Assembly: GCA_964016885.1 (NCBI GenBank)
Contig: OZ024741.1
Coordinates: 38,254,001 to 38,318,000, forward strand
Source: Eledone cirrhosa
Taxonomy: Eukaryota
DNA: 64,000 bases
Reading direction: 5' to 3'
Shown: positions 1 through 15,362 of the stretch, piece after piece
Position numbering within the stretch: the stretch's first letter is position 1
Layout: the number at the start of each line of letters is the position of its first letter
Notes under the pieces: generated by a model
What the model saw: only the letters and a program-made list of their open reading frames with translations
What the model was told of the DNA's origin: nothing
Databases searched by the model: none
Translations under genes and position numbers: made by a program

Positions 1-94
1 GCATCCACCCGAGATTTGCTCTTCAGATAGACTGAATAAGTAAAGGAAATAACGTGACATATTGCCATTGGTTGATTTATACATACATAAACAT

Positions 95-243
95 ATATTT
101 AAACATACATACACACACACACACACAAACATACATACATACACACACACATACATACACACATACATACATACACACATACATACACATATACACACAT
201 ACATACATAGATACATACACACGTACATACATATATATATACA

Positions 244-330
<87 letters not shown>

Positions 331-348
331 ATACATATACACATACAT
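95..348. repeat. (CA)n/(TACA)n/(TA)n compound microsatellite
   Basis: Visible simple repeats; the overlapping YI/HT ORFs are artefacts. Confidence 0.95.
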
Positions 349-844
349 TTTAGCAATGTGAAAAAGATTTCGGATTGTTAAAGGGAGGTTAGCTAGAGGT
401 CATTTGGGGAAGATATTTAATTGAAAGCGACAGAAAGATACCCTGAAGACATATGTGGGATATATTTAGTAGTGGTCGAATTTAGGTTAAGGACAAATTT
501 GAATAGGAAGTTATGTATGTTAATACTTAATAAATAAATACTGACAGGCTAGTCATTAACATCATGTGTGCGTGTGTGTGTGTGTGTACGAGTGTGTGTG
601 TGTATGTGTCTGTGTGTGTGTGCACGTGTGTGCATGTGTGTGTGTGTGTTTTATTAAGTGAGGCATCTGGGTTTAGATGGAACTAGAGAATTTAATGGTT
701 AATTCTCATATGTAAAACTTATATTTAGTTTAAAAAAGGAGGAGAGTTTAAGGCGAGTATATGGAGGAGGGGGAGGGGCAGCTGCAAATTTTGGAATTTA
801 TAGAACAGGTGATTAAAATTAGGTTCACCAAACGCATGCGCACA

Positions 845-1148
845 CACCCACATGTCACCCTGGTGCAGTCTGCGACTAACCCAGGTTCTGCTGCACGTCT
901 GGCTGAGGAGGCGAAACTCTTCAAATACCGGTCGCTATCCGACAGGTTTGCGGTTGTACACTTGGCAGTGGTGTCCTTGGTCCTAGGGCTACCTCCCTAC
1001 TCACCACCATAGGTGCTGAGCTGGCCAGCCGCAGGTGTGAGCCTCGTGAGCTGGAATGGCTTTTCCAGTGCGTCTCCCTTGCCGTCCTCCAGGGAAACGC
1101 CTTCTCCATTCTGTCCGCCGGGGCTGTGGGGAGGCCACCGATATGATT
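845..1148 (+). mobile_element. 3' remnant of a CRE-clade (restriction-like endonuclease) non-LTR retrotransposon
   Basis: Translates to AARLAEEAKLFKYRSL and, after a frameshift, WLFQCVSLAVLQGNAFSILS. These match the RLE 'AE..K..KY' and C-terminal 'QR.S.A..RGNA' motifs. Confidence 0.65.
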
Positions 1149-1878
1149 GACTGACTTGTCATTTTATCAGTCAGATACTCACTCCTCCACTCTTCACCCT
1201 AATTCTACACGTAGCAGCAGTATCAGTAGTTGCCATAACAACACAACAAAAATTGAAGGCAGGGATATTATCATTTAGTTGTCGAAACCGTCACGATTGA
1301 CTGACGATAGCTGATGAAAGAATCATATTGTGTCTTTTTTTCTTTATTTTTTTGTAGTCCTCTATGCGTAAATTTCTTAATGTCTTGCGCAATACTTTCC
1401 ACATACAAACATACATATATTCATATGTACGTATATGTAATATATACGTACATGTGTATTATATTTTATATTATATTATATTATTGTGCCAAAAGTAGAA
1501 ACAATTATATTATATTATATTATATTATAATATATTATATTATATTATGCCCGAAACGTCGCAACAACACCCCCCACTCTCACCAAGCGTGAATCTAATA
1601 ATATTTGTAACATTACTACTCCGTTTGTTTGTTTTGTTTTTTTTCTTGTTTTCTGATATTCCGAACTATATATATATATATATATATATTTCGAAAATAT
1701 TCTTACTTGATATATATATATATAATAGTAGAACACTGGAGGGTTAGATCCGTAGTAGTAGAGCACTCAGTCCATGGGACGAGTTTGGTAGAAATAGTTC
1801 CACAACAGTCACTTCATGCCGAGATCCGCATAAGGTGAAACATGTTCTCGGTATGGTGAACTAATTGTTGTGGAACTA

Positions 1879-1970
<92 letters not shown>

Positions 1971-2430
1971 TTTGTGTGTGTGTGTGTATAGAAGTTAAAC
2001 ACGAAAACAATAATGAAGAGTGCAGTACAAACAGTCTAGGTATTAGGTTCACGCTTGAGAGTGGGGTGGGGGATGACGTTTCAGGCATAACTCGATTCGT
2101 ACCTGCTATATGGCGGCTACAACTTAGATTCATACCCAATATATATAATAATGAGATAAAGGCCCAAATTCGTGTAAAAAGTTGGGAAAAACTTCCCCTC
2201 AGTTATCCCTCGCCTTATCATTGATACACAGATTTCAAACTTTATTGTGATATTATAATCGTTTCAATATCAGTTCAAGGTACAATTATAATCAGAGCCC
2301 GGTCCCTCCTCGACATCGCATCAGATATGGGAATTTATATGTGCAAAGACATATCCAGATGTTGAGGGAGATTTGGACCCCGGTCATTAAGATTGTACAT
2401 AAAAGTAGGCCTGGTTACTCTGGAGTATAA

Positions 2431-2594
2431 TAGTTGTTTCTACTTTTGGCACAAGGCCAGCAATTACCCCAGTACATTACTGGTACTTTATTTCATCGAT
2501 CCCGTAAGGATGAAAGGCAAAGTTAACCCCGACGGGATTTGAACTCAAACCGTAAATGGAAGCAACTCTATAGTGAAGGCATGGCGACCGACCT
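2431..2594 (-). mobile_element. tRNA-derived SINE family A (Meta-domain-like), partial
   Basis: Reverse complement has B box gagttcaaatcc plus ctttgcctttcatccttacgggatcgat and 3' gtagaaacaa, as in the other copies. Confidence 0.85.
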
Positions 2595-2713
2595 AATATA
2601 TATATATATATATTTAAAGGTTAAACAAGATTGACTGAATAAATCAAATAAATCATGACTACCATGACTGAATCTTAACCATCTACTATGTCAGGGTATG
2701 TCATGCATCATCT

Positions 2714-2780
2714 TATTTTATCTGATGAGGACGTACTGTTGAAGTTAGCTCAGTTCCTCTGAAATATGTATAATAAAATA
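2714..2780 (+). ncRNA. Hammerhead ribozyme-like motif (type I)
   Basis: tattttat-CTGATGA-ggac...gttcc-tct-GAAA-tatg-TA-ta-ataaaata; stem I tattttat/ataaaata. Confidence 0.5.
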
Positions 2781-3308
2781 TACTTGATCACACGAATATA
2801 TATATATATATATGCATTGTAATTTTAAAAACTCAAACAAACAATGTTTTGAGTGGGATTTCCAAATTAAATTGCATTGGTCTCCACAGAAACATTTAGA
2901 TTTCCTGCGAGAATAAGTTAAGAAACTAAAACGACCATTTTGTTTTGAAATGGATTTGTGACACCTGTGAAATCAGGTATTGGTGGATATTAAGGCGAGT
3001 AAACATAGAATAAAGAAAGCCATGCTATTCACTGGTAAAGCAGGATGTGTGGATTTGTATTCTATGTCAATAGAAGTGTTCATACTTGAAAGTAGATGCT
3101 GTTTATTATTCAACTCATGTAAGTCAACGAAATACAAGCAGAGGAAGGAAGGGCTTTAATATTCAGTCAAAGTATGTCGATATATAGCATAATGTTATCA
3201 TGTTTGGATGTACAACTATGCACACGCACAGACACAGGCATACAGATACGGGCACACGCACACACGCACACGCACACGCACACACACACTCACACACACA
3301 GGCATATA

Positions 3309-3885
<577 letters not shown>

Positions 3886-4042
3886 AATATAAAGATATGT
3901 ATGTTATCACGCAGACATACTCACACACATAAACATCATTTATATATATGTACGTATTTATAAATGAGGTATATATATATATATATACATATATACATGC
4001 ATAAATACACATGATTAAAAACACATATATATGTAAATACAT

Positions 4043-4088
<46 letters not shown>

Positions 4089-4106
4089 GAGTGTGTCTGT
4101 GTGTGT

Positions 4107-4138
<32 letters not shown>

Positions 4139-4334
4139 AGTTCTGTATTTACTGCATTCAAAATATACTATTCAATGCTAGAGGCTTTGGTATTCAACTT
4201 TTACAAATTAGAGACTAAGAAGAAGGGTTTCACTCTCTAACGTCTCTTTGGCCTATGGTCAACTTACATATATACATGTACACATATACACATATACACT
4301 CACATATACACATAAATTATATATACGTACACAC

Positions 4335-4411
<77 letters not shown>

Positions 4412-4414
<3 letters not shown>

Positions 4415-4606
4415 CGAAGGAAATGTGGTAAGGAACCAGGTGGACCATAACGCACCAAAGTACTCAATACTTGAGGTAGTAGAGGGGGTAATAGGAACCA
4501 GTAAGACCCCGACAGCTGAGCTCAAGCCGTTTCGACGGCTAATTCTGGACTCCAGAATTAGCCGTCGAAACGGCTTGAGCTCAGCTGTCGGGGTCTTACT
4601 GGTTCC

Positions 4607-4609
<3 letters not shown>
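4412..4609 (-). repeat. About 140-nt dispersed repeat with a perfect 59-bp fold-back palindrome (4491-4549/4551-4609); probable Penelope pLTR fragment
   Basis: ataggaaccagtaag...aattctgga-c-tccagaatt...ctggttcctat; family copies at 5510, 15100, 32963, 39435, 48472. Confidence 0.85.
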
Positions 4610-4651
<42 letters not shown>

Positions 4652-4765
4652 ATATACACATACATACACACACACATATATATATATAGAAATACACACA
4701 CACATATATATATATATATATACCTTCACATACATATATATACATACACTCATATATAAATACGT

Positions 4766-4810
<45 letters not shown>

Positions 4811-4828
4811 CAAGTACATATATGTATA

Positions 4829-4866
<38 letters not shown>

Positions 4867-4873
4867 CAAGTAC

Positions 4874-4910
<37 letters not shown>

Positions 4911-5099
4911 AACATTTAATCAGGTTTATGGAAAGTGATATGTCTTTGTCCGTGTAAGGACTCAAGTATAATTTGATATGAAACTGTTATGCAGAGAAAT
5001 AATTGTATATAAACAATTGTATAGTCTTAAATAAATATGTGAGTTGATGTATTATTTTCATATTACACAATCATTGCCTATATAGAGACACACTCATAC

Positions 5100-5139
<40 letters not shown>

Positions 5140-5149
5140 CATATATATA

Positions 5150-5345
5150 TTGTTCTACTTTGGGAGTGTCATGTTGCCAATGAAAACACGCGCACCTGTT
5201 AATTTTCACTTCAATTTATGATAAATTTCCGGTTGGTTGGTCCAATAACCGGAAGGTTGTTTATATATTGTCAAAGCTCTTTTGTCACACAGTCTGTGAC
5301 CTCCTCAGTGACTAGATTTTTATTTTGTGTCTCTCTTCTTTGTTC
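5150..5345 (-). mobile_element. Diverged solo pLTR of the 43.8-46.6 kb Penelope family with degenerate hammerhead (about 5268-5312)
   Basis: Similar to 43760-43990; reverse complement agtca-CTGAGGA-ggtcacag..tgtgac-AAAA-gagc-TT-tgac. Confidence 0.75.
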
Positions 5346-5661
5346 TGTCCTAAGTCATCGTTCCTTCGACTGAAACAGTTCTAGTCATGAAGAAGCCATT
5401 TCTATATTGAATTTGTTGTATTTACTCTACTAATATATTGTATACCTTACTTACTGGGGTTACCCCTGATTGAACCCGGGACTCATATATATATATATAT
5501 ATATATATATAGGAAAATGTTCAAGACCCCGACGGCAGAGCTCAAGCCGTTTCGACTGAGTACTCTGGTGCGTTATGGTCCACCTGGTTCCTTACCACAC
5601 TTCCTTCGTTATATATATATATATACTGAAGTACTAGATTTTACCAACACTTACTTTCTTG

Positions 5662-5708
<47 letters not shown>

Positions 5709-5709
5709 T

Positions 5710-7600
5710 TAGTTTGTTGGTTCACCACTGGATAGAACTGGTCATTCCGTATGGTCAACCTCGATGTAACATTAGGGAGAGCACTCGACGTAATGTAACT
5801 CACCCGTCTTCGTTTGTGTTGTTGGTGGTGCGAGTACGGAGTTAATTATTATAAAATAACAGGAGGCTGGACTGGTGTAGTTCCTTAAAAGGTTTATTAT
5901 ACTATGATCATTTCAATGACCGGGTTCAGTATGAATCCGGTGACATCATCAGGTATTCGAAATTTAACAAAGAAAATATAACAAACAAAATCCATGGGGC
6001 TGAAAATCAGAGACACGAGGGCGGCCGAACCTTTAGCAGCTTCTAGCCCGGTCAGCTGCCCTCAAGTGATGATTATTAAGTCTTCTTATGTCCATCTGGT
6101 GAAAGGGCATAGGCTTATAGTGTACTACTACCACCCCGTCATAGACAGAGGCCAGCGGTGAGATCAGGTTACATTCAAGCTGGTCAGAAGTGCTAGAAAG
6201 TGCCGCGAAAAATATTTAAAAAAAAAACATATATCTTTAACAAAGCTATATATAGGGCGTCTGCACAGCATATTGTAGGGTCAGAAATTACGATTAACAA
6301 TTAGAAATGTTAAATTTATGTTTAGGGTTAAAAGATGCCATTTAAGATGAAATTTAAAAAGTAAGATTTAGATTTAAAGTTGGGAGATTTAGATAAGAAT
6401 TTACAGAAGGAGGCGTTTATGAAAAAGTTTAAGTGTATTATAGATAGTCACGATAAAGTTTCAGGGTAGAATATAAAGTAAAGATTAAGCCCATGCTTAG
6501 CGGTTATTAACTAGCTACGTCGGACCCCGGGCCAGCCCGGGGCCCAACGGCATGTCAACCGTTCTGAGTATTTTCGTCTAGCGAAAGAAAGGGAAATTTA
6601 TTTTTCCGAGCACTCCAGGAATGTTAACTGTCTCAAGCACCGGGGTGTTAGCAGGAAGTCCGCCACCGGCGGCTGTCTATTGTGTATACCAAACGGTTAC
6701 TAGTTATTCACACTGGTGGGGGTTTAGTTAAGTGCTAGTAGAAGGATGCATGATACAATTTAAAGTTATGATTAAGCCTAGAATTTAAAGGTACTGTTTG
6801 GCGGTCAATAACCGGTGGCACGGCGGATTCGAAGTCTGACAGGGCCCCAGGGCGAAACATCCGTTCCGAGTATTTTCGTTTACAGAAAGAATGGGAAATT
6901 TATTTTTCCAAGCACTCTAGGAAGGCTGATCGACCCGAGCGCCTGGCGTGCAGTCGGGAAAGCCGCCACATCCGTCGGATCATCGCGTGTACCAAACGAT
7001 TATTAGTTATTCACACTCGAGATGTGAATTTAAAAGTGGCAAAATCTGATGAAATGTGTAAATAGACTATATTTAGTCCCCAGTTAGTCCGGGTTATATG
7101 TAGTGTGATTCTTTGGTGAGTAGGGGGAGTGATTAAAGATAAACAGATATAGGGTACAGAGAGTAATATTCTAGGGTCGTGTGCTAATGAGTACAAGGGT
7201 AAGTATATAAGGAGAGTAAAGCGAATAAATAAATACATAAATAAAAACATAAGTAAAATGCATAAATAAAATACAGTCATACCTAGGGTGGTAATGGAGG
7301 GAGTAAGAAGGAAGTATATAAGAACATATCGAAGAAATCAAAATACAGAAGAAATAAAATACAGATCAAGGTGCAGTAAATGGAGAGTATATAGCACGGT
7401 TGGAGAATACATGGTTATACATATAGATATAGAGGATGGAAGAGTTGGAATGGTATCAGGTGATACCTAGTGTAGGTTCGAGTCTTAATTTTCAATGTGA
7501 ATCCCCAAAGCCTTGAAATATAGGATAGAGAATTCAGTCAATACAATACAGGGTATAATAGAATATATTGATTTTTTGAAGAATCTATGATATATATATA
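5710..7600 (-). mobile_element. Decayed Penelope-like-derived element with internal duplication (about 6500-6715/6800-7020)
   Basis: Homologous in inverse orientation to 20880-22220; carries a hammerhead motif near its 3' end. Confidence 0.5.
5899..5956 (-). ncRNA. Hammerhead ribozyme motif
   Basis: Reverse complement atac-CTGATGA-tgtcaccggattcatactgaacccggtcatt-GAAA-tga-TC-atagtat; palindromic atgatcat; second copy at 22119-22176. Confidence 0.6.
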
Positions 7601-7694
7601 TATAGTAAAAAATTGAACGGGAACAAAACAGAGAGGCAGTACGAACAAAGGTTTATTAGTTTCACGCTCTTGAGAGTGGGGTGGTGGTGGGGAA

Positions 7695-7726
7695 CGACGT
7701 TTCGGGCATAAGCCCTTCTTCAGGTG
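7695..7726 (-). ncRNA. Minimal hammerhead motif in a pLTR-like repeat (family also at about 1547-1600 and 1990-2090)
   Basis: Reverse complement c-CTGAAGA-agggc-ttat-gccc-GAAA-cg-TC; stem I is weak. Confidence 0.55.
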
Positions 7727-7892
7727 AAAAGTGTGTGGGAAGAGAGTTCCAAGGGTGTGTAGGGGAGTGGTGGAGAGACATATAGAAAAAAGGGGGTGAG
7801 AGGAAACGGTACAAATGAAATTTGTACTGGGTGCATTTTATCATGACACCAGTACTATCACTAAACACAAGCCATTGTATTGAACCAATCAT

Positions 7893-7957
7893 AAAAGGGA
7901 AATACTTTAAAAGCTAATTCTTTAAAGCTCTACTTAGAGTGACAAAGGCCAAGAGAA

Positions 7958-7995
<38 letters not shown>

Positions 7996-8310
7996 TAAAA
8001 TTAGTCCTTCATCAGTGATCTTCCAACCTTCATTGGTATTTCATCGCTTTAAAAATCATATACCTCTGGTTGGTGCGAGTAATAACTAAATAAAGTTATT
8101 GGGACAAGTAAAATAGGGTGAAACGAGCGAGACATGTAAACAAACAAAGATGGTATTGCAACGGAAAGATAGGAAGAGACAAGTACATGATATCTATAAG
8201 CTTAAGCTTGGTGAAATCATGGAATATATATATATATATATATGCATTCTCTTGGCCTTTGTCACTCTAAGTAGAGATTTAAAGAATTAGCTTTTAAAGT
8301 ATTTCCCTTT
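7893..8310. repeat. About 70-bp inverted repeat (7893-7965/8237-8310) flanking a pLTR-like insert related to 39880-40665
   Basis: aaaagggaaatactttaaaagctaattc...gagaatgcatata versus tatatgcattctc...aagtatttccctttt. Confidence 0.75.
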
Positions 8311-8598
8311 TCTTTAAATCCATCAACCATGACCGACCCCCAACCATCTTATAGACACCTGAAATATAGGCATTGTTAGCTTAAGAGAAACTTAAAAATA
8401 AGGAGTGGCACCCCAATTTGAACTTGTTTATAGAATTCTTTCTGCCTTTGTCACTCTAAATATAAATTATAGCCTTAAAGAACTAGCTTTTAATGAATTC
8501 CCTTTTCTTTCAACCAATGACCTCCACCCATCCCACTCCCCACCCTCTCCTACCACCTGAAAAGATATAAATACCACAACATTTATTTTTGAAAAGCC

Positions 8599-8649
8599 AG
8601 ATTCCTGATGATTTCTAAAGAATGAAACAGTTCTAGTCCTGTAGAATCT
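8599..8649 (+). ncRNA. Hammerhead ribozyme motif
   Basis: agattc-CTGATGA-tttctaaagaat-GAAA-cagttctag-TC-ctgta-gaatct; 3'-half relatives at about 5370, 28800 (-) and 39248. Confidence 0.6.
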
Positions 8650-9512
8650 CATCTATATTAAAACTTTTATACTCTGCTATGTATTGAGTACCTTATTTAC
8701 TGTGGTTACTTCCGATTCAACCCGGATTAGCTTACCTATATATATATATATATATATATATCCACGAGAGAACTCGGTCTAGTTTCGTTTTGTTCAGTTG
8801 CAGTTTATCGTTGTCGATAATGACTGATGGATGATTATAACGGTTAAAATGTACTAAAATACACACACACGCGCGCACAGGCGCGCACACACGCGCACAC
8901 ACGCACACTCACGCGCACACGCACGCACACACACACACACATACACACACGCACACACGCACGCACACAGACGTGCACACAGATTGTTTTGGTCTGTTAT
9001 TCCTTTGCTGGTCGGAGTGACTTAACTGCGGCCATACCGTTACACCACCTTCAAATTATTTAGTATATTATCATATGCACAGTACTCACATTTTCAAGTC
9101 TCGTACTTACTTTATAGTACTTTTCTAACACGAAACAAGCAATTAGCCCTGTCATGGTTGTCATGCATCTCAAGTTATTTATGGGTCATATCTATGTTTA
9201 TGACAGCAGCTCTATCGGTCAACTTTCTTTATGAGTTTCTGGAAAAAAAGATATCGCCAAGGAACATTATAATTTTGCCAACAAACACTGAATTATGTTC
9301 CCAAAAGATTGTGAAATGTGCAATTATCAACTTAAGTGAGACTGAGCACCACACCACGGAATGGGCAAGAAAGTTTATTCCAAAAATTTCTATTAAATTA
9401 TATGTTGTTTGAAAGAAAATGAGAAATATTGAATAAAATATTGAATGTAAGAAGAAGCGGAGAGAGAGAGAGGGGGGGGGGAGACTTTTACACTCCAGTC
9501 TAGGTGGTATAT

Positions 9513-9697
9513 CTCAACTGCGTCCCGCGGACAAAATGTTGAAATTATTGATGCTGGGAACAGCCAACGATACCCGCTGCATGAGCCAATCCACCCCACG
9601 GAGTTTCTTCCTCAGTCGGAATGCACTGCTGCCAATTTTACGCAGGAAAACGGTAGGGGACGGAGGATACCAGAGGTCTCGACGGCTACCGACACTA
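9513..9697 (-). mobile_element. CRE-clade non-LTR retrotransposon 3' remnant
   Basis: [11 protein letters not shown] and [11 protein letters not shown]...NILSAGRS in adjacent frames. Confidence 0.65.
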
Positions 9698-9702
9698 AGA
9701 TG

Positions 9703-11640
<1,938 letters not shown>

Positions 11641-11839
11641 AATTAGTATATCTAGCAACAGATTTATACAGATGTATACTTACGCTAGCAAAGATATAGG
11701 TTTTGTCTTAGTAACTTTGTGACCAGGAAGGCAGTGAATGGCTTGGGATTTAGTCCACGCTAGCTTTTTTCCATCTACTGAATTATTTTTGTATTCGATC
11801 CCTGTGTCCGCGAATCGCCAGGAATCTTAGCCGAGAATG

Positions 11840-11921
11840 ACTCCCTGATGAAGAAAGGATTCTCCATGGTCTCCATTTGGAGACTATGTATATCCCCTTT
11901 CAGAAAGTAATTAGTTGGAGT
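11840..11921 (+). ncRNA. Hammerhead ribozyme motif in pLTR fragment 11635-11975 (5'-inverted relative to copy 40975-41480)
   Basis: actcc-CTGATGA-agaaagg...cctttc-a-GAAA-gtaattag-TT-ggagt. Confidence 0.6.
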
Positions 11922-11967
11922 GAAATTTAAGTAAATGAGTTAATTACTATAATTTTCTTATTTTACG

Positions 11968-12049
<82 letters not shown>

Positions 12050-12540
12050 ATACTTGGGGAGGGTCATATTGTTGTAATATTGCCAGAATTTATAACAGAA
12101 CACACCCACTGTTTGGTTGGTTTTCTTTTCTGTATCTTTTATATCAGTTAATTTATTCGGTCCTCAATGTTTACGGTCAAAAATACAGATATAATATAGA
12201 CACAAACACATTTATATAGTCTAACAAAGTTCTTATTATGTTTCCTCCTATTTTATTGTATGTCTACGCCATCTTTATTTAATCCGTTTATTTATTTATT
12301 TATTTATTTATTTTTGTCTTCTCTGCGCATGCGTTTGCGTGTGTGTATAGTGTTTGATGCGTGTTCGCGTTTGGGTGACTGTGTTTTGGTTATTGTATTC
12401 TATCTTAGTTTACTAGTGTGTGTTTATATGTTTGTTGTTATTGTGCTTGTGTATGTATTTATTTATTTATATTTCTCTTAGGTCAGTATATATATTTCGT
12501 TATTTCGTAGGCCGAAATGCGAATCTCGATAATTTATGTT

Positions 12541-12623
<83 letters not shown>

Positions 12624-12700
12624 GTATATATATATGTATATATATATATATGTATATATATATGTATATATATATATATGTATATATATATGTATATATA

Positions 12701-13460
12701 TAATAACTAGAGATTGATTAACATATAAAAATACATGAATAATCACAGGAGATAATTTTTGCTTGCGTGTAACCGCGCATAGCTAGTTTAGGCAATATTT
12801 ACCTTTAATTGTGATTAACCTTCCTTGTATATATCCCATTAAAGAAATATATTTCTCGAATTAATCAGATGGTAAGTCACTGAAAGTGGATATTATTGGA
12901 TTGTCAACAAGGAAAGTGATAATTTCAGCTATTCGTGCTTACAGAGCGAGATCAAATCTTCAACTATCCGTTACCACATGTTGCGTCCACACAAGATAAG
13001 GGTTTCGTTTCAGTGACGTGAAAAGGTATTCGACAACTAGAAATAGAAGTCAAATTCTTTTCAAACGAAATAGCTCAACAATTAAGGAGCCGTATATATA
13101 TATCTAAGTCCAAAAATTAAGATAAATGAATTAAATGAATTTAATCTAAATCGAAATCATGGGTGTCATGACATAATGCTTGCGCCATATATCCTGGGAA
13201 TTTAAGCTCAAAGATAAATAAATCTGAGCATATTATAATAACTAGAGATTGATTAACATCTAAAAATACATGAATAATCACAGGAGATAATTTTTGCTTG
13301 CGTGTAACCGCGCATAGCTAGTTTAGGCAATATTTACCTTTAAGTGTGATTAACCTTCCTTGTATATATCCCATTAAAGAAATATATTTCACCAATTAAT
13401 CAGATGGTAAGTCACAGAGAGTGGATATTATTGGATTGTCAACAAGGAAAGTGATAATTT
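12701..13460 (-). repeat. Partial tandem repeat (about 535-bp period) with degenerate hammerhead at 12911-12969; pLTR-like
   Basis: 12701-12925 is repeated at 13236-13460; reverse complement ggatag-TTGAAGA...GAAA-ttat-CA-ctttcc. Confidence 0.55.
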
Positions 13461-13564
13461 TTTTGGACATAGATATATATATGTATATATATATATATAT
13501 TATATATGTATATATATATATGTGTGTACACATATATATGTACACATATATATGTATATATATG

Positions 13565-13644
<80 letters not shown>

Positions 13645-13696
13645 TATATGTATATATATCTGTATATATATATGTATATATATATATATATATATA

Positions 13697-14580
13697 TGGT
13701 TACTAAAAACAAGGTTTAGGATTGTGGTTAGGACGGAACAGGAGCAGAAAGGAAGAAAGGAGTTTCCATCGTCAGCTGTAAATGTATCCCGAACCGAGGT
13801 TTCGGCGCTGAATTACAGGACATCGGTGTAGTTCGGGTGTGCCCGAGGCCTTTTATTAATCAAAAGGCCAGGTGGAAAAGGAGAGAGAAAGAGAGAAAAA
13901 AAGGAGAGAGAAAAGTAATTCCTCTTTCTCTCTCTATCCATCCGTTCGGTTTTGATTGTTGACATGTTTATACGTACCGTGGTGGCCTCTCCGTTCGTTT
14001 TTACCACCGTCGCACGTTTTTACCACCGTCGTAAAAAAAACCCTTCTGGATTATCTCCCTTTCCCTTCTCTTCCTCACTTTTGGTTGCCCGTGTGTCTCT
14101 CTCACTTTCTCCTGTCTATGCGAGAGGCAGCACGATTATGCCAGCTCTGAGTCGTAGCTGACCACCAGGCTAATGTCTCCCAGGTTGGCAACAACTTACT
14201 TTCCCTATTTTTCCACGGTTACTTTTTTGCGTGTTTCTTTCACCTGTGTCTTCCCACGATGGGATCTGTACACTTTTTTTTCTTCTATTCCTTTCCTATT
14301 TTTACCCTCTTCCTCTCTCCTCATCTTTTCCTCCCCTATTTTTCCTACTTCCCTCTCTTTCCTTTTCTCTCTTCTTTTTTTCTCTCTTTCTCTCTCCTTT
14401 TCCACCTGGCCTTTTGATTAATAAAAGGACGCAGGCGCACCCGAACTACACCGATGTCCTGTAATTCAGCGCCGAAACCTCGGTTCGGGATACATTTACA
14501 GCTGACGATGGAAACTCCTTTCTTCCTTTCTCCTCCTGTTCCGTCCTAACCACCATCCTAAACCTTGTTTTTAGTAACCA
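13697..14580. repeat. About 220-bp inverted repeat arms (13697-13915/14360-14580) around a 450-bp spacer; inverted-pLTR-like
   Basis: tggttactaaaaacaagg... versus ...ccttgtttttagtaacca; the two ORF translations are mirror images (WLLKTRFR...NYRTSV). Confidence 0.85.
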
Positions 14581-14619
14581 CACAGCTCCCTTCGTTTCAT
14601 AACTGTTTGTATATATATA

Positions 14620-14978
14620 TATAAAATAAAATAAATAAGTCAAATATTTAAAATTTGGCTTCGTTTATTACTGCTATATATATTTCGGTGACATCCATCT
14701 TTGGCTGTAACCTCTTCAGCCAGTCCGAATTGGTGTGGTAGAGACGGGTATACATGTTGTTGAGGTGTTTAATTCCGTCAATACTCCGATATGCCCAGTT
14801 CTTATCGGAGTATTGACGGAGTTAAACACCTCAACAACGTGTATACCTGTCTCTACCACACCAATTCGGACTGCCTAAAGAGGTCACAGCCAAAGATGGC
14901 TGTCACCGAAATATATATAGCAGTAATAAACGAAGCCAAATTTAAAATATTTGACTTATTTATTTTATTTTATTTTAC
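14620..14978. repeat. About 170-bp fold-back with a hammerhead motif in each arm (14670-14724 minus; 14870-14924 plus)
   Basis: Consensus actgc-CTGAAGA-ggtcacagccaaagatggctgtcacc-GAAA-tata-TA-ta-gcagt; 13-nt loop at about 14791-14803. Confidence 0.8.
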
Positions 14979-15099
14979 ACTACTCCGGAGTAACCAAACC
15001 AACCTGCGCACATCGTCGAGTGCTCCAATGTGCATACTGAGGTGTCGGTAAACAACCAACATATACTAACAAAAATATATATATATAAAATAATATATA

Positions 15100-15297
15100 T
15101 AACGAAGGAGTTGTGGTAAGGAACCAGATGGACCATAACGCACCAGAATACTCAATACTTAGGGTAGTAGAGTGAGTAATTAGAGAAAGTATGACCCCGA
15201 CTGCAGAGCTCAAGCCGTTTCGACGGCTATTTCTGGACTTTAGTACAGAAATAGCCGTTGAAACGGCTTGAGCTCTGCGATCGGGGTCATACTTTCT

Positions 15298-15298
<1 letters not shown>
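15100..15298 (-). repeat. Copy of the 140-nt fold-back family (arms about 15183-15238/15243-15298)
   Basis: gagaaagtatgaccccg...ttctggact-tt-agtacagaa...ggggtcatactttctc. Confidence 0.85.

Positions 15299-15362
<64 letters not shown>

Noticed and set aside
9158-9412. 84-aa ORF in non-repetitive sequence
   Set aside because: No recognisable motif, non-ATG start and no clear splice sites.
14435-14520. Hammerhead in the 13.7-14.6 kb inverted arms (cccgaac...ccgatg...gaaacctcg...gttcggg)
   Set aside because: Stem I-like pairing is present, but the core and stem II are too degenerate to call.
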